DNA of 64,000 nucleotides from Actinomycetota bacterium (GTDB lineage Bacteria; Actinomycetota; UBA4738; HRBIN12). This document shows positions 8,644 through 18,192 of this stretch, one piece after another (the first letter of the stretch is position 1; the number at the start of each line of letters is the position of its first letter). A model generated the notes under the pieces. It saw nothing but the letters and a program-made list of their open reading frames with translations. It was not told the DNA's origin and did no database searches. Made by a program: the position numbers and the translations under genes. The DNA lies in NCBI GenBank assembly GCA_036265325.1, contig DATAPH010000060.1, positions 13,993-77,992 on the forward strand, in the 5' to 3' direction.

Positions 8644-9834
8644 TCAGTCGGGAAGCAACGGGACCTGGAGGCCGTCGCGGCGGCCGAGCAGCACGCCGCG
8701 GGTGAGGGACTTCGAGCCGAAGCGCTCCTGGACGTGGTCGAGCGTCGTGTCCATCGCCGCGGCCGGCGCTTTGCCGAACGGGAGCGCGAGCTGGATGGCG
8801 TCGTCGTTCGACAGGTTGCTGAACGTGATGCCGATCAGCGTGATACCGCGCTCCTCGATGATGGGGAGGGCGTCGTGGAGCAGCGAACGTCCCGCCGTGA
8901 GCAACGTCACGGTGTCGGTCGTCGACTCGTGCAGTGTGTGTGAGCGCGTCGCGCGCGTCAGGTCGTCGAATCGAAGCCTGAGCGTCACCGTGCGCGCGAC
9001 GCGGTGTGCCTTGCGCAGCCGGCGTGCGAGCCGGTCGACCAGCGCGATCAGATCGACCTCGAGCTGATCGGGCGGGCGTGCGCGGCGGCCGAGCGCGCGT
9101 TGCGTGCCGATCGAGTGGCGCCGTTTGCCCACCTCCACCGGGCGCGGATCTCGGTTGTGCGCGAGCGCGTGAAGGTGCCGGCCCGACGCGCGCCCGAGGA
9201 TCGCGATCAGCGCGTCTTCGTTCAGCTGCGCCACATCAGCGACGGTTGTGAGCGATCGTTCGCGCAGCTTCTTGGCGGTGACGTTGCCGACGCCCCAGAG
9301 GCGTTCGACCGGCAGTGGATGGAGGAAGCCGAGCTCGTCGTCGACCGGCACCACGAGCAAGCCGTCGGGCTTCGCGACACCGCTCGCCACTTTGGCCAAG
9401 AACTTCGTCCGCGCGACGCCGACCGTGACCGGGATGCCGACCCGCTCCCGGACCTGTGCACGGAGACGGACTGCGATCTCGGGCGGTATGCCGGAGATCC
9501 GCTTGAGCCCGCCCACGTCAAGGAACGCTTCGTCGATCGAAAGCCCTTCCACCAGCGGCGTCGTGTCGCGGAATACCTCGAACATGGCGTCGCTCGCGTC
9601 GCTGTACGCCTCCATCCGCGGGCGCACGACGATCGCCTGCGGGCACATGCGGCGCGCTTGCATCTCGCCCATCGGCGTGTAGACGCCGAAGGCCTTGGCC
9701 TCGTAGCTCGCGGCGAGCACCACCCCGCCGCCGACGATGACCGGCTTGCCGCGGAGCGAGGGGTCATCGCGCTGCTCGACAGACGCGTAGAAGGAGTCCG
9801 CATCGGCGTGCAGGATCGTGGCTTGCTCGCCCAC
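8644..9834 (-). CDS. dinB: DNA polymerase IV (Y-family translesion polymerase)
   Basis: ILHADADSFYASVEQ is the N-terminal catalytic motif of the DinB/UmuC family, with thumb and little-finger regions following; 396 aa; GTG start. Confidence 0.9.
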   Translation of the reverse strand: MGEQATILHADADSFYASVEQRDDPSLRGKPVIVGGGVVLAASYEAKAFGVYTPMGEMQARRMCPQAIVVRPRMEAYSDASDAMFEVFRDTTPLVEGLSIDEAFLDVGGLKRISGIPPEIAVRLRAQVRERVGIPVTVGVARTKFLAKVASGVAKPDGLLVVPVDDELGFLHPLPVERLWGVGNVTAKKLRERSLTTVADVAQLNEDALIAILGRASGRHLHALAHNRDPRPVEVGKRRHSIGTQRALGRRARPPDQLEVDLIALVDRLARRLRKAHRVARTVTLRLRFDDLTRATRSHTLHESTTDTVTLLTAGRSLLHDALPIIEERGITLIGITFSNLSNDDAIQLALPFGKAPAAAMDTTLDHVQERFGSKSLTRGVLLGRRDGLQVPLLPD

Positions 9835-9874
9835 AGGCCGATGCTCGCACGGGGGACCGACACGCGAGCCGGGT

Positions 9875-10267
9875 CTACCGGTTGTCCAGGTACGACTCGG
9901 CGAGTGCGGCCGGGGCGCAGGCGAGCCACCCGTCGACGAGCAACTCTTTCAGTGGTCGCTTGCCCACCACCCGGAGCTCGATCAGCACGGCGGGATACCC
10001 GTTGAAGTGCGCCATGTCGAACACGCCCTTGATCCCGGCCTGGAGCACTGCGTCCTTCTCCGTCATCCCGTCGGTGCGCACGGCGACCACCGGCTGACGC
10101 GGTGGCGTCTCATCATCGAACCGCTTCAGGTCGGCTTTCGTGTACGGGCGCTCCCACGCGAAGCCCTTGCCGGCGACGGACCACGTGCGGTTGCCGTGGC
10201 GTTCGCCCTCGGTCACGTCCGGAAGCGCCAGCACGTAGCGCGCGACGTCGTCGAGCGTGGCCGCCAT
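9875..10267 (-). CDS. MmcQ/YjbR family DNA-binding protein
   Basis: 130 aa with conserved YjbR-family architecture; lies 9 nt downstream of a small ORF on the same strand. Confidence 0.75.
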   Translation of the reverse strand: MAATLDDVARYVLALPDVTEGERHGNRTWSVAGKGFAWERPYTKADLKRFDDETPPRQPVVAVRTDGMTEKDAVLQAGIKGVFDMAHFNGYPAVLIELRVVGKRPLKELLVDGWLACAPAALAESYLDNR

Positions 10268-10276
10268 CGCGGCAGG

Positions 10277-10441
10277 CTATGCGATCTGGAAGAACAACAG
10301 CGCGCCGATGATGACGGTTGCCGCGGCGCCAATTAAGACGAGCAGCCGGCGCGTAACCGACGGCTTCCTCGTGTACAGGTACGTGACGATCCCCGCGGCG
10401 ATCAGCACCGCGCCCATCAGCGTGTCTTTGTTGAGCTTCAC
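10277..10441 (-). CDS. small hydrophobic (2-TM) protein, 54 aa, below ORF-track size cutoff
   Basis: My translation: VKLNKDTLMGAVLIAAGIVTYLYTRKPSVTRRLLVLIGAAATVIIGALLFFQIA*. GTG start is preceded by GGAGAGGGAG and codons are strongly GC3-rich. It ends 9 nt before the YjbR start. Confidence 0.45.
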   Translation of the reverse strand: MKLNKDTLMGAVLIAAGIVTYLYTRKPSVTRRLLVLIGAAATVIIGALLFFQIA

Positions 10442-10542
10442 AGGCTCCCTCTCCGCCTCGTGTGCACCGACTGTAATGCGCGTGGCCTGTTGGCACGAAT
10501 CCAGGCCGCGGCCGTATCCGCGCCCGGTGATACGGTCGGTCG

Positions 10543-11586
10543 ATGGAGTACAGAACGCTCGGCGGGACCGGCCTCAAGGTCAGCACGCACTGCCTCGGCA
10601 CCATGATGTTCGGGGAGTGGGGCAACAAAGACGTCGACGACTGCGTCGGTACGATCCGTGCGGCGATCGACGGCGGCATCAACTTCGTGGACACGGCCGA
10701 CGTCTACTCGGCCGGCGAGTCCGAGGAGATCGTCGGCAAGGCGCTGAGGGGCCGGCGCGACGAGGTCATCCTCGCGACAAAGGTCCACGGGCAGATGGGT
10801 CCGGGGCACAACGACGCCGGCAACTCGCGCGTGTGGATCGCCAAAGAGGTGGAGAACAGCCTCCGCCGCCTGGGAACCGATCACATCGACCTGTATCAGA
10901 TCCATCGCCCCGACGGGGACACCGACGTCGAAGAGACGCTCGGCGCACTGACCGATCTTCAGCGCCAGGGCAAGATCCGGTACTTCGGTTCGTCCACGTA
11001 TCCGGGTTGGCAGATGGTCGAGGCGCAATGGACGGCCGAGCAGCGTGGGCTGTCGCGGTTCCGGACGGAGCAGCCGCCGTACTCGATCTTCGTTCGGCAG
11101 ATCGAACACGACGTGCTGCCGGTCGCCGAGAAGTACGGGATGGGCGTGCTCGTGTGGAGCCCGCTCTGCCGTGGATGGCTCACCGGGCGCTACCGCCGCG
11201 ATGAGTGGGACGACTCGCCGGAGGCGCGCGCGACGCGCGGGCCGCAGCGGGCAGACTGGATGCGACCGATGTACGACCGCTCCCGCCCGGAGGTCCAGCA
11301 CAAGCTCGATCTCGTCGAGCAGTTGCTGACGATCGCCGACAAGGCGGGCATCACGCTGACCCACATGGCGATCGCGTTCACGCTCGCGCATCCCGCGGTC
11401 ACGTCGACGATCATCGGTCCGCGCACGCGCGAACAGCTCGACGACCTGTTGGGTGCGGCCGATGTGCGGCTCTACGACGGGACGCTGGACGCGATCGACG
11501 AGCTGGTGCCGCCCGGCACGCTCGTCGACGAAGAGGACCGCGGGTTCGATCCCTGGTGGTTCGAGCCCGAGGCGCGCAGACGCTGA
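10543..11586 (+). CDS. aldo/keto reductase
   Basis: GTMMFG, DTADVY and IDLYQIHRPD are canonical AKR motifs; 347 aa. Confidence 0.9.
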   Translation: MEYRTLGGTGLKVSTHCLGTMMFGEWGNKDVDDCVGTIRAAIDGGINFVDTADVYSAGESEEIVGKALRGRRDEVILATKVHGQMGPGHNDAGNSRVWIAKEVENSLRRLGTDHIDLYQIHRPDGDTDVEETLGALTDLQRQGKIRYFGSSTYPGWQMVEAQWTAEQRGLSRFRTEQPPYSIFVRQIEHDVLPVAEKYGMGVLVWSPLCRGWLTGRYRRDEWDDSPEARATRGPQRADWMRPMYDRSRPEVQHKLDLVEQLLTIADKAGITLTHMAIAFTLAHPAVTSTIIGPRTREQLDDLLGAADVRLYDGTLDAIDELVPPGTLVDEEDRGFDPWWFEPEARRR

Positions 11587-11616
11587 GCGCCTGCAGACGC
11601 GAAGGAGGGAAGCGCG

Positions 11617-11976
11617 ATGAACTTCAACGGCATCTTGATCGGCTCGGAGGAGCCCGCCCGCCTCGTCACCTACTACACGAAGCTGTTCGGCGATTCGACT
11701 TGGGACGAGTCCGGATACACCGGCTGGCAGCTGGGCAACGGCGGCTTCACGGTCGGTCCCCACGACCAGGTCAAGGGCGACAACGAGCAGCCGGGCCGGA
11801 TCATCTGGAACATCGAGAGCGCCGACGTGCGCGGGGACTTCGATCGGTTCAAGGCTGCCGGCGCAACCGTCGTTCAGGAGCCCTACAACCCCGGCGACGA
11901 GGCCGACGGCGACATGAGCATCGCGACGTTCGCCGACCCGGACGGCAACTACTTCCAACTCGTCTCGCCGATGTAA
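11617..11976 (+). CDS. VOC (glyoxalase/bleomycin resistance/dioxygenase) family protein
   Basis: 119 aa, pattern of paired beta-alpha-beta-beta-beta modules. RBS GAAGGAGGGAAG precedes the ATG. Confidence 0.8.
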   Translation: MNFNGILIGSEEPARLVTYYTKLFGDSTWDESGYTGWQLGNGGFTVGPHDQVKGDNEQPGRIIWNIESADVRGDFDRFKAAGATVVQEPYNPGDEADGDMSIATFADPDGNYFQLVSPM

Positions 11977-11983
11977 GCGGGCC

Positions 11984-12610
11984 GTGCTGACCGACCCGGA
12001 GCTCGACGCGCTCGAGCACGCGGTCGCAAGCATCCCGATAGCCACCTTCGAGTTCGTCGCGGACGACTACGTCATGGCGCTGTTCGACACCGTGCTCGAC
12101 TACCAGAACCAGGCCGCCGCGATCCAGAAGGCGGAAGACCACTTCCGCGAGGAGCACTTCGACGAGATCCGCACGCTGGAGGACCTCGAGGCGGTGCTCG
12201 AGCGGTTCCCCGAGGAGCGCGAGGGCAACGAGGAGCTCGCGCAGTACCTCTGGGGGAACCACCATTGGCGCCGCGCGCAGGAACTCCGCGGCCTGGTGGG
12301 CTACTTCCGTGAGCGGAACGTGACCACGTTGCGCCGGCTGCGGACGTGGGCGGCGAAGTCGCAACAGGACGACTTCGTCGGGCGCATCAAGGGCCTCGGG
12401 CCGGCGGTGTATCGGTCACTTGCGATGCGGATGGGCGTCGATACGGTGAAGCCCGACGTCCACGTCCTTCGGTTCGTGTCGGCGGCGATCGGGAGGAACG
12501 CGTCACAGGCCGAAGCGGTCGACGGACTGACGGAAGTCGCGATGAGGCTCGGCGTCCCGGCCCGTGACGTCGACTGGAGCGTCCTCGAGTATCAGAAGAG
12601 CAGCGCCTAG
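11984..12610 (+). CDS. hypothetical protein with helix-hairpin-helix-like motif (IKGLGPAV)
   Basis: GC3-rich ORF of 208 aa. Its stop overlaps the convergent kinase stop in a CTAG tetranucleotide. Confidence 0.6.
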   Translation: MLTDPELDALEHAVASIPIATFEFVADDYVMALFDTVLDYQNQAAAIQKAEDHFREEHFDEIRTLEDLEAVLERFPEEREGNEELAQYLWGNHHWRRAQELRGLVGYFRERNVTTLRRLRTWAAKSQQDDFVGRIKGLGPAVYRSLAMRMGVDTVKPDVHVLRFVSAAIGRNASQAEAVDGLTEVAMRLGVPARDVDWSVLEYQKSSA

Positions 12611-14664
12611 CTCACCGGGACGGAGCCCGAGACCGAGGTGCCGGCGCCCGGCGTGCTGGCGATGTGCAAGGTCCCGCCGATCGCGTCCAACCGGTCCGCC
12701 ATGCCCTGCAGGCCCGTGCCGTAGGTGGTCGCGGCCGCGTCGAACCCGGACCCGTCGTCGGTGACCGTGAACCGGAGGTCGCCGTTGTCCTGCCGGATCG
12801 TGACCTGCGCGTTCGATGCGCCGGCGTACTTCGCGACGTTGTTCAGCGCCTCGAGCGTGCAGAAGTAGACGGCCGCTTCGACCGGCTGCTCGTAGCGGCC
12901 GATGCCGTCTGTCTCGACCGAGACGGGCACGACCGACTTCCGCGCTTGCGCCTCCAATGCGGCGCTGAGCCCCTTGTCGGCAAGCAGCGGCGGGTAGATG
13001 CCGCGGGCGAGGTCGCGGAGGTCTTCGAGGGCTTCCGTCGCGCGGGCCTGGAGCTGCTCGGCCATGTCGGCGACCTTCGACGGATCGCTCGTCCCGACCC
13101 GCGCGAGCAACCCCGCTTGCACGTTCAGGGCCACCAATTGCTGCTGTACCCCGTCGTGGATGTTCCGCTCGAGCTTGCGGCGTTCCTCGTCCTGGGCGTT
13201 GACGAGCCGTTGCCGCGACGCCCGGAGGTCTTCGATCAGGCCGACGTTCCGCAGGACCAAGCCGGCCTGAGACGCGACGTCCGCGAGGAGCTTCTCGTCC
13301 GCCGACGTCAGCACCTGACCGGGGGCCTTGGTCACCGACAACGCGCCGAGCAGTTCGCCTTGGTAGCGAACGGGCGCCGTCGCGGTCGCCCCGGGGACGA
13401 CCACGTCGTTCGTGATCGGCACACGCGACACGGACGCCGTTGGCCACGAACCGGCGGTCCGGAGTTCCGAGCCAACCTTCACCCACACGTCGGCGCCCCT
13501 CGCGCCCATGCCTTCGGCAAGGATGTGCGCCGTTCGCGGCAGCACGTCGTCGACCGCGTATGTGCCCGCGACGCGTTCCGCGAAGTCGGAAAGCACCTCG
13601 TAGGGCGTCGCTCGCTTGCCGTAGACGAGCCGATTCGCGAAACGCCGGCTTCGTTCGCGGACGGGCTGGAACGCGATCGCGATCACCGCGGCGGCCACGG
13701 CCGCGAGGAACTTGCTGCTCTGTCCGCCGACCATCGTGCCGACGCCGACGACGATCGCCGCGTAGATCAACGTGATGAACACCGCGAGCGTGCCGTAGAC
13801 GACCGCACGGTTGATCACGACGTCGATCTCGTACAGCCGGTACTTCAAGACGGCGATCGCGATCGTGGAGAACAAGAAGATGAACGCCAGGCTCTGGAAC
13901 ACCGAGATCCACACCGGCGTGACCTCGCCCTGCGTGAAGTTGATCAGGAACGACAGCACGACGAGCGCGGCGCCGGTCGCGAACCACTTGATCTGCAGCC
14001 GTTCGTCCCCGGTTGAGTAGATCGCCCTCACGAGGACGGCGACGAGCGACGCGATCAGCGACGCGATCAGCGGTACCAAGAACACGAGAAGGAACAGGGC
14101 GAGGGCCAGTGCACCGATACCCCCCGGACCTTGCGCCGCGTACGGGTCGTGCCAGCTCGTCGTCGCGAAGAAGACACCGGAGCACGTCGCGACGATCGTC
14201 GACACGACGAGGAGCCACCAGACCGGACGCCAGCGCGGCGTTCGGATCTCTCCGGTCGGGAACAGCAAGAAGAGGAACGTGAGCATGTAGATCGGGATGA
14301 AGTTGGTGCTCGACGCGAGCCAGGCGGCGAAGTTCCCGCCGGGCCAGGAACCGGGGTCGACCACGAGCGCGTGTACCGCGTACGCGCCGAAGAACCCGCT
14401 GATCCCGAGCGTGACTCCGGCGGCCATGAAGAACCACCCGATGCGGTTGTCGGAGCGCTTGGCGGCGACCACCGTGCCGATGGAGATCCCCACGATGTTG
14501 GCGATGACCCCGAGCGCGTTCGCTTGGCTCCAGTCGTACGAGCTGGCGGCAGACGGGACGGCCGCACCTCGGTCGACGAACATCAGCACCAGGCCGGCGG
14601 TCATCAGCGCGATGGCGCTGCCGCCGAGCCAGACGGCGACCCGGGCCGGGTTCCGGAGCCTCAT
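12607..14664 (-). CDS. polytopic membrane sensor histidine kinase (HisKA_3/NarL-type, with GAF-like domain and HATPase_c)
   Basis: Eight to ten TM helices at the N-terminus; H-box ERRKLERNIHDGVQQQL (HisKA_3); G-box GTGLQGMADR. No response regulator on either side. Confidence 0.85.
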   Translation of the reverse strand: MRLRNPARVAVWLGGSAIALMTAGLVLMFVDRGAAVPSAASSYDWSQANALGVIANIVGISIGTVVAAKRSDNRIGWFFMAAGVTLGISGFFGAYAVHALVVDPGSWPGGNFAAWLASSTNFIPIYMLTFLFLLFPTGEIRTPRWRPVWWLLVVSTIVATCSGVFFATTSWHDPYAAQGPGGIGALALALFLLVFLVPLIASLIASLVAVLVRAIYSTGDERLQIKWFATGAALVVLSFLINFTQGEVTPVWISVFQSLAFIFLFSTIAIAVLKYRLYEIDVVINRAVVYGTLAVFITLIYAAIVVGVGTMVGGQSSKFLAAVAAAVIAIAFQPVRERSRRFANRLVYGKRATPYEVLSDFAERVAGTYAVDDVLPRTAHILAEGMGARGADVWVKVGSELRTAGSWPTASVSRVPITNDVVVPGATATAPVRYQGELLGALSVTKAPGQVLTSADEKLLADVASQAGLVLRNVGLIEDLRASRQRLVNAQDEERRKLERNIHDGVQQQLVALNVQAGLLARVGTSDPSKVADMAEQLQARATEALEDLRDLARGIYPPLLADKGLSAALEAQARKSVVPVSVETDGIGRYEQPVEAAVYFCTLEALNNVAKYAGASNAQVTIRQDNGDLRFTVTDDGSGFDAAATTYGTGLQGMADRLDAIGGTLHIASTPGAGTSVSGSVPVS

Positions 14665-14778
14665 GTTCGTCCAGATGATGCCGCCGAGAGCGGGCCGGGG
14701 GAAGGGGTGCAGGCAGGCCGACCGGACGGGGAGAGGACACCCATGGATCGCCTGGGTGCCCGGTGGCGCGTGAGGGGT

Positions 14779-16194
14779 CTAGCCGAAGTTGTACGTGCGC
14801 ACGTCGAACGTGCGGCCCAGCTCGTCGGTCGGGGTCACTGTCACCGTCGAGCCGTTCACGGTTACCAGCAGGAAGTGGAACACGCGGTCGATCGTCGTCG
14901 GGCGGGCGAGCGACCCGCACGAGCTTCCGTGCGTGCTCGACGAGTACGACCAACCGAGGGCCGCGGCGATCGGTGCGCCGCAGCGGGTTGCAGGCTCGAG
15001 CTTGGCGCCGCCGCCGCCTGTCACGTAGCTGACGGGGAGGCCAGTCGGCGTGGACCGGGCGTACGTGTGCGCGTGGCCGTTGAAGATGAGGTCGACGCCG
15101 TTGTCGCCGAGCAGCCCTTCCAGGTGATCCTCGCCCGCCAGGTACGTGTCGGATGCCTCCGTGCTGTTCGGTGAGTGCGGCGGGAAATGGAAGAAGGCGA
15201 ACTTGAGGCCGCCGGGATGCGCGGCGAGATCCTGGGCGAGCCACTTGTACTCGGCGCTGGTCGTCGTCCAGTGGTTGTCGTAGTCGTTCTTGTAGATGTC
15301 TGCCGTGCCGACGTTGGAGTTTCCCCAGGCCGCGTCGAGCACGTAGAACCGCGCGGTGCCGGCGTCGAACGCGTACCACGCGCTCGGGTAGCTCGCCGAC
15401 CGCGTTCCGTTCGTGCAGCAGTACGTCTGCATGGCGTATGTGCCGCCCGAGGTCGATGCCGCTCGCGATTCCGGCCAGGTGGTCAGCGCGGTCGAGTTCA
15501 AGCCGTGGTTGCCCAGGGCGTTGAACATCGGGATCGTGTCGCCGGGAACGGTCCAATAGGAAGGCCCGAACACGGTGCTCACGCTGGCGCCGGTCTGGGT
15601 GAGGTCTCCGTAGTTGGTCTGCGATCCGCTCTGATAGGCGATGTCACCCGTGGTGACGGCGAAGCGGGCGCCGCTGGACGCGATGCGCGCCATCACGTTG
15701 GCCTGGTCGGTGTTGAGGGCCGCCGTGTCCTGCCAGCCCCAGTCGCCGATGACCGCGAAGGAGTACGACGCCGTCGATCCGGCAGCGACCTGCGACCGGA
15801 AGACCGGCGAGGCGTCGGTGCCGAGGAGGTCGATGGTGCTGCTCCGAACCCGGTAGCAGTACGCCGCATCCGACGTCAGCCCCGACAACGTCGCTTTCCA
15901 CTGATACTCGGCGGTCGAGCCGACGGTGATCGCAGTCTTTGTCGCCGAGACCGTATGATCCGCGCAGCTTCCGCCCGATCGACCGTAGGTCACCGCGCCC
16001 GTCTGGATGCCCGTCGTCGTGGCCCAGTTGACGGTGACGCCGTTGTTGACCAGGTCGGTGAGGTACGGATATCGCCGCAGCGAGCTCGACGTCGATGCCG
16101 ACGCCACCGGTGCGGCCAGCGTCGTCCCGACGAGGGCGAGAGCCGCTGCAGCGACGGTGATGAGGACGCGCTTGGTCCTCGCTGTGCCGTGCAT
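14779..16194 (-). CDS. secreted metallophosphoesterase / purple acid phosphatase-like protein
   Basis: Signal peptide (LITVAAAALALVGTTLAAPVASAS); GDWG, GDIAY, GNHG and GHAHTY are calcineurin-like metal-binding motifs. Trimmed from the 830-aa track ORF to MHGTART (471 aa). Confidence 0.8.
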   Translation of the reverse strand: MHGTARTKRVLITVAAAALALVGTTLAAPVASASTSSSLRRYPYLTDLVNNGVTVNWATTTGIQTGAVTYGRSGGSCADHTVSATKTAITVGSTAEYQWKATLSGLTSDAAYCYRVRSSTIDLLGTDASPVFRSQVAAGSTASYSFAVIGDWGWQDTAALNTDQANVMARIASSGARFAVTTGDIAYQSGSQTNYGDLTQTGASVSTVFGPSYWTVPGDTIPMFNALGNHGLNSTALTTWPESRAASTSGGTYAMQTYCCTNGTRSASYPSAWYAFDAGTARFYVLDAAWGNSNVGTADIYKNDYDNHWTTTSAEYKWLAQDLAAHPGGLKFAFFHFPPHSPNSTEASDTYLAGEDHLEGLLGDNGVDLIFNGHAHTYARSTPTGLPVSYVTGGGGAKLEPATRCGAPIAAALGWSYSSSTHGSSCGSLARPTTIDRVFHFLLVTVNGSTVTVTPTDELGRTFDVRTYNFG

Positions 16195-16260
16195 GACGCC
16201 GCGTCGGTACCCCGATCCGCAGTGATCCACACGCCCCGGCGCCGGATTAGCCTGTCGGAC

Positions 16261-17268
16261 GTGCATCCCGCGCTCGAACGGCTCGATCCGGCCGACCGCA
16301 CGCTGGTCCGCCGCCAGGCGATGCCGGCGTTCACGCCCCCGATGCTCGCGACCCTGACCAGGCACGTCTTCTCGGACCCGGCGTGGGTTTACGAGCCGAA
16401 GCTTGACGGCCAGCGGTCGCTGCTGTGGCGCCGCGGCAAGAACATCCGTCTGCTGACTCGCAACGAGAAGGATCGGACCTCCCACTATCCGGACCTGACG
16501 GCGGGGATCCTCAGCGAGGAGACGCCACCCCTGATCGCCGACGGCGAGATCGTTGCGTTCGACGGCGAGGTGACCTCGTTCTCGAAGCTCCAGGGCCGGA
16601 TGCAGAACGCGCGGCCGAGCGGGGCGAACGTGGCGTGGGTGCCGGTCTACTTCTATCTGTTCGACCTGATCTGGTTCGACGGCAACGACCTCTCGGCGTT
16701 GCCGCTGGTTGCGCGGAAGGCGGTCCTGCGGGAGGCGCTCACCTTCGCCGACCCCATCCGGTTCTCGGAGCACCTGGAAGAGGAGGGCGAGGCTGCCTTC
16801 CGCGCCGCCTGCGAGCAGCGGTGGGAGGGATTGGTCGCCAAGCGCGGAGCGTCGCCGTACACGCACGCGCGGTCCAAGGATTGGCTGAAGTTCAAGTGCA
16901 GCAACGAGCAGGAGTTCATCGTGATCGGCTGGACCGATCCGCGCGGGTCGCGCGAGGGCTTGGGCGCGCTGCTCGTCGGGTACCACGAGGGCGGCGAGCT
17001 GCGGTTCGGCGGAAAGGTCGGAACCGGGTTCAACGAGCGCGAGCTCGACCGCCTGAGCGCCAAGCTTCGCCGGTTGGAACGGCAGACGTCGCCGCTCGCT
17101 GACACGAAGGGGATCGGGATGAAGGGCGTGCACTGGGTGCGACCGGAGCTGATCGCCGAGGTCGGGTTCGCCGAATGGACGCCGGACGGCAAGCTCCGGC
17201 ACCCGCGGTACCTCGGCCTGCGCGACGACAAGTCGCCCGACCAGATCGTGCGAGAGCGGCCGCGGTGA
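16261..17268 (+). CDS. ligC: ATP-dependent DNA ligase, LigC/LigD-ligase-domain type (stand-alone)
   Basis: Adenylation-domain motifs EPKLDGQR (motif I, with the lysine nucleophile), FDGE, LEGLVAK and DWLKFK. GTG at 16261 is preferred; ATG at 16321 is possible. Stop overlaps the next start (GTGA). Confidence 0.85.
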   Translation: MHPALERLDPADRTLVRRQAMPAFTPPMLATLTRHVFSDPAWVYEPKLDGQRSLLWRRGKNIRLLTRNEKDRTSHYPDLTAGILSEETPPLIADGEIVAFDGEVTSFSKLQGRMQNARPSGANVAWVPVYFYLFDLIWFDGNDLSALPLVARKAVLREALTFADPIRFSEHLEEEGEAAFRAACEQRWEGLVAKRGASPYTHARSKDWLKFKCSNEQEFIVIGWTDPRGSREGLGALLVGYHEGGELRFGGKVGTGFNERELDRLSAKLRRLERQTSPLADTKGIGMKGVHWVRPELIAEVGFAEWTPDGKLRHPRYLGLRDDKSPDQIVRERPR

Positions 17269-18134
17269 CACCCGACGTCAAGATCACGAAGCCCGACAAG
17301 CTGCTGTGGCCTGCGCTCGAGATCACGAAGCAGCGATACGTCGATTACCTGAACGCGGTGAGCGACCGGATGCTGCCGTGGTTGCGCGACCGGCCGCTGT
17401 CACTCGTTCGTGCACCGGACGGTGTGACGGGGGAGCAGTACTACCAGAAGGACACGCCCAAGTACGCGCCGTCGTGGATCAAGACCGTCACGATCCCGGC
17501 GGTGCGGCGCGATGTCGCGTACACGGTGTGCAACGACGCAGCGACGCTCTCGTGGCTCGGCAATCAGGCGGCCCTCGAGTTCCACCCCGCGCCGGTCCGA
17601 CGCGACAACGTCGACAAGCCGGACGTGTTGACGATCGACATCGATCCGCCCGACGACGCGTTCGACGCTGCGGTGGAGGTCGCGTTGCTCGTGCTCGAGG
17701 TGACCGACGATCTCGGCATGCGGACGTTGGTGAAGACGACCGGTGGGAAGGGCCTGCACATCGTCGCGCCTATCCAGCGGCGGGTGACGGCGGACGAGCT
17801 TCGGTTCGCCGCGAACCGGTTGACCGAGATCGTGCAAGGCCGTCGTCCCGATCTTGTGACCGCCGAGTTCCGCAAGGCGGATCGCGGCGGCAAGGTCATG
17901 CTGGACCCGTCACGCAACTCGACCGGTGCAACCGTGGTGGCGCCCTACTCGCCGCGCGCCCGCGACGAGGCGACGGTGTCGTTCCCCGTCGTGCCTGATG
18001 AACTGAAGAAGACGGACCCGAGCACGTTCACGGTCGCGACGGTGGCCGACCTACTTGGGAGACGGGGTCCAAAGGCTTGGCGTGAGGCGGAGCGCGAGTC
18101 GCCGCAGCGGATCCCTCAAGCGCTCCTTCCATAG
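17265..18134 (+). CDS. non-homologous end joining / BER primase-polymerase (LigD POL-domain-like, stand-alone)
   Basis: ITKPDKLLWP start region; HVRTTGGKGLHI-like TTGGKGLHIV motif; archaeo-eukaryotic primase fold signature; GTG start inside GTGA overlap with ligC. Confidence 0.85.
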   Translation: MTPDVKITKPDKLLWPALEITKQRYVDYLNAVSDRMLPWLRDRPLSLVRAPDGVTGEQYYQKDTPKYAPSWIKTVTIPAVRRDVAYTVCNDAATLSWLGNQAALEFHPAPVRRDNVDKPDVLTIDIDPPDDAFDAAVEVALLVLEVTDDLGMRTLVKTTGGKGLHIVAPIQRRVTADELRFAANRLTEIVQGRRPDLVTAEFRKADRGGKVMLDPSRNSTGATVVAPYSPRARDEATVSFPVVPDELKKTDPSTFTVATVADLLGRRGPKAWREAERESPQRIPQALLP

Positions 18135-18192
18135 CGATAGTACGTCACGATCTCGGTAGGCGTCCCCACAGCGCAGTGGGAACATGCGGGGC

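Noticed and set aside
12503-15556. 1017-aa ORF on minus strand (and similar long ORFs 810..1928 +, 4128..5339 +, 22054..23775 +, 23372..24595 +, 26904..30266 +, 30819..32726 +, 38103..39515 +, 54413..56125 +)
   Set aside because: They run antisense to, or out of frame with, genes that have clear family motifs. Their translations are Arg/Ala/Gly/Pro-rich low-complexity, which is typical of spurious ORFs in 70% GC DNA. None has a recognisable domain.
15175-17268. 697-aa plus-strand ORF covering the phosphatase gene region and the ligase
   Set aside because: Only the C-terminal about 336 aa carry DNA-ligase motifs. The N-terminal 360 aa are antisense to the well-supported secreted phosphatase gene and are low-complexity.
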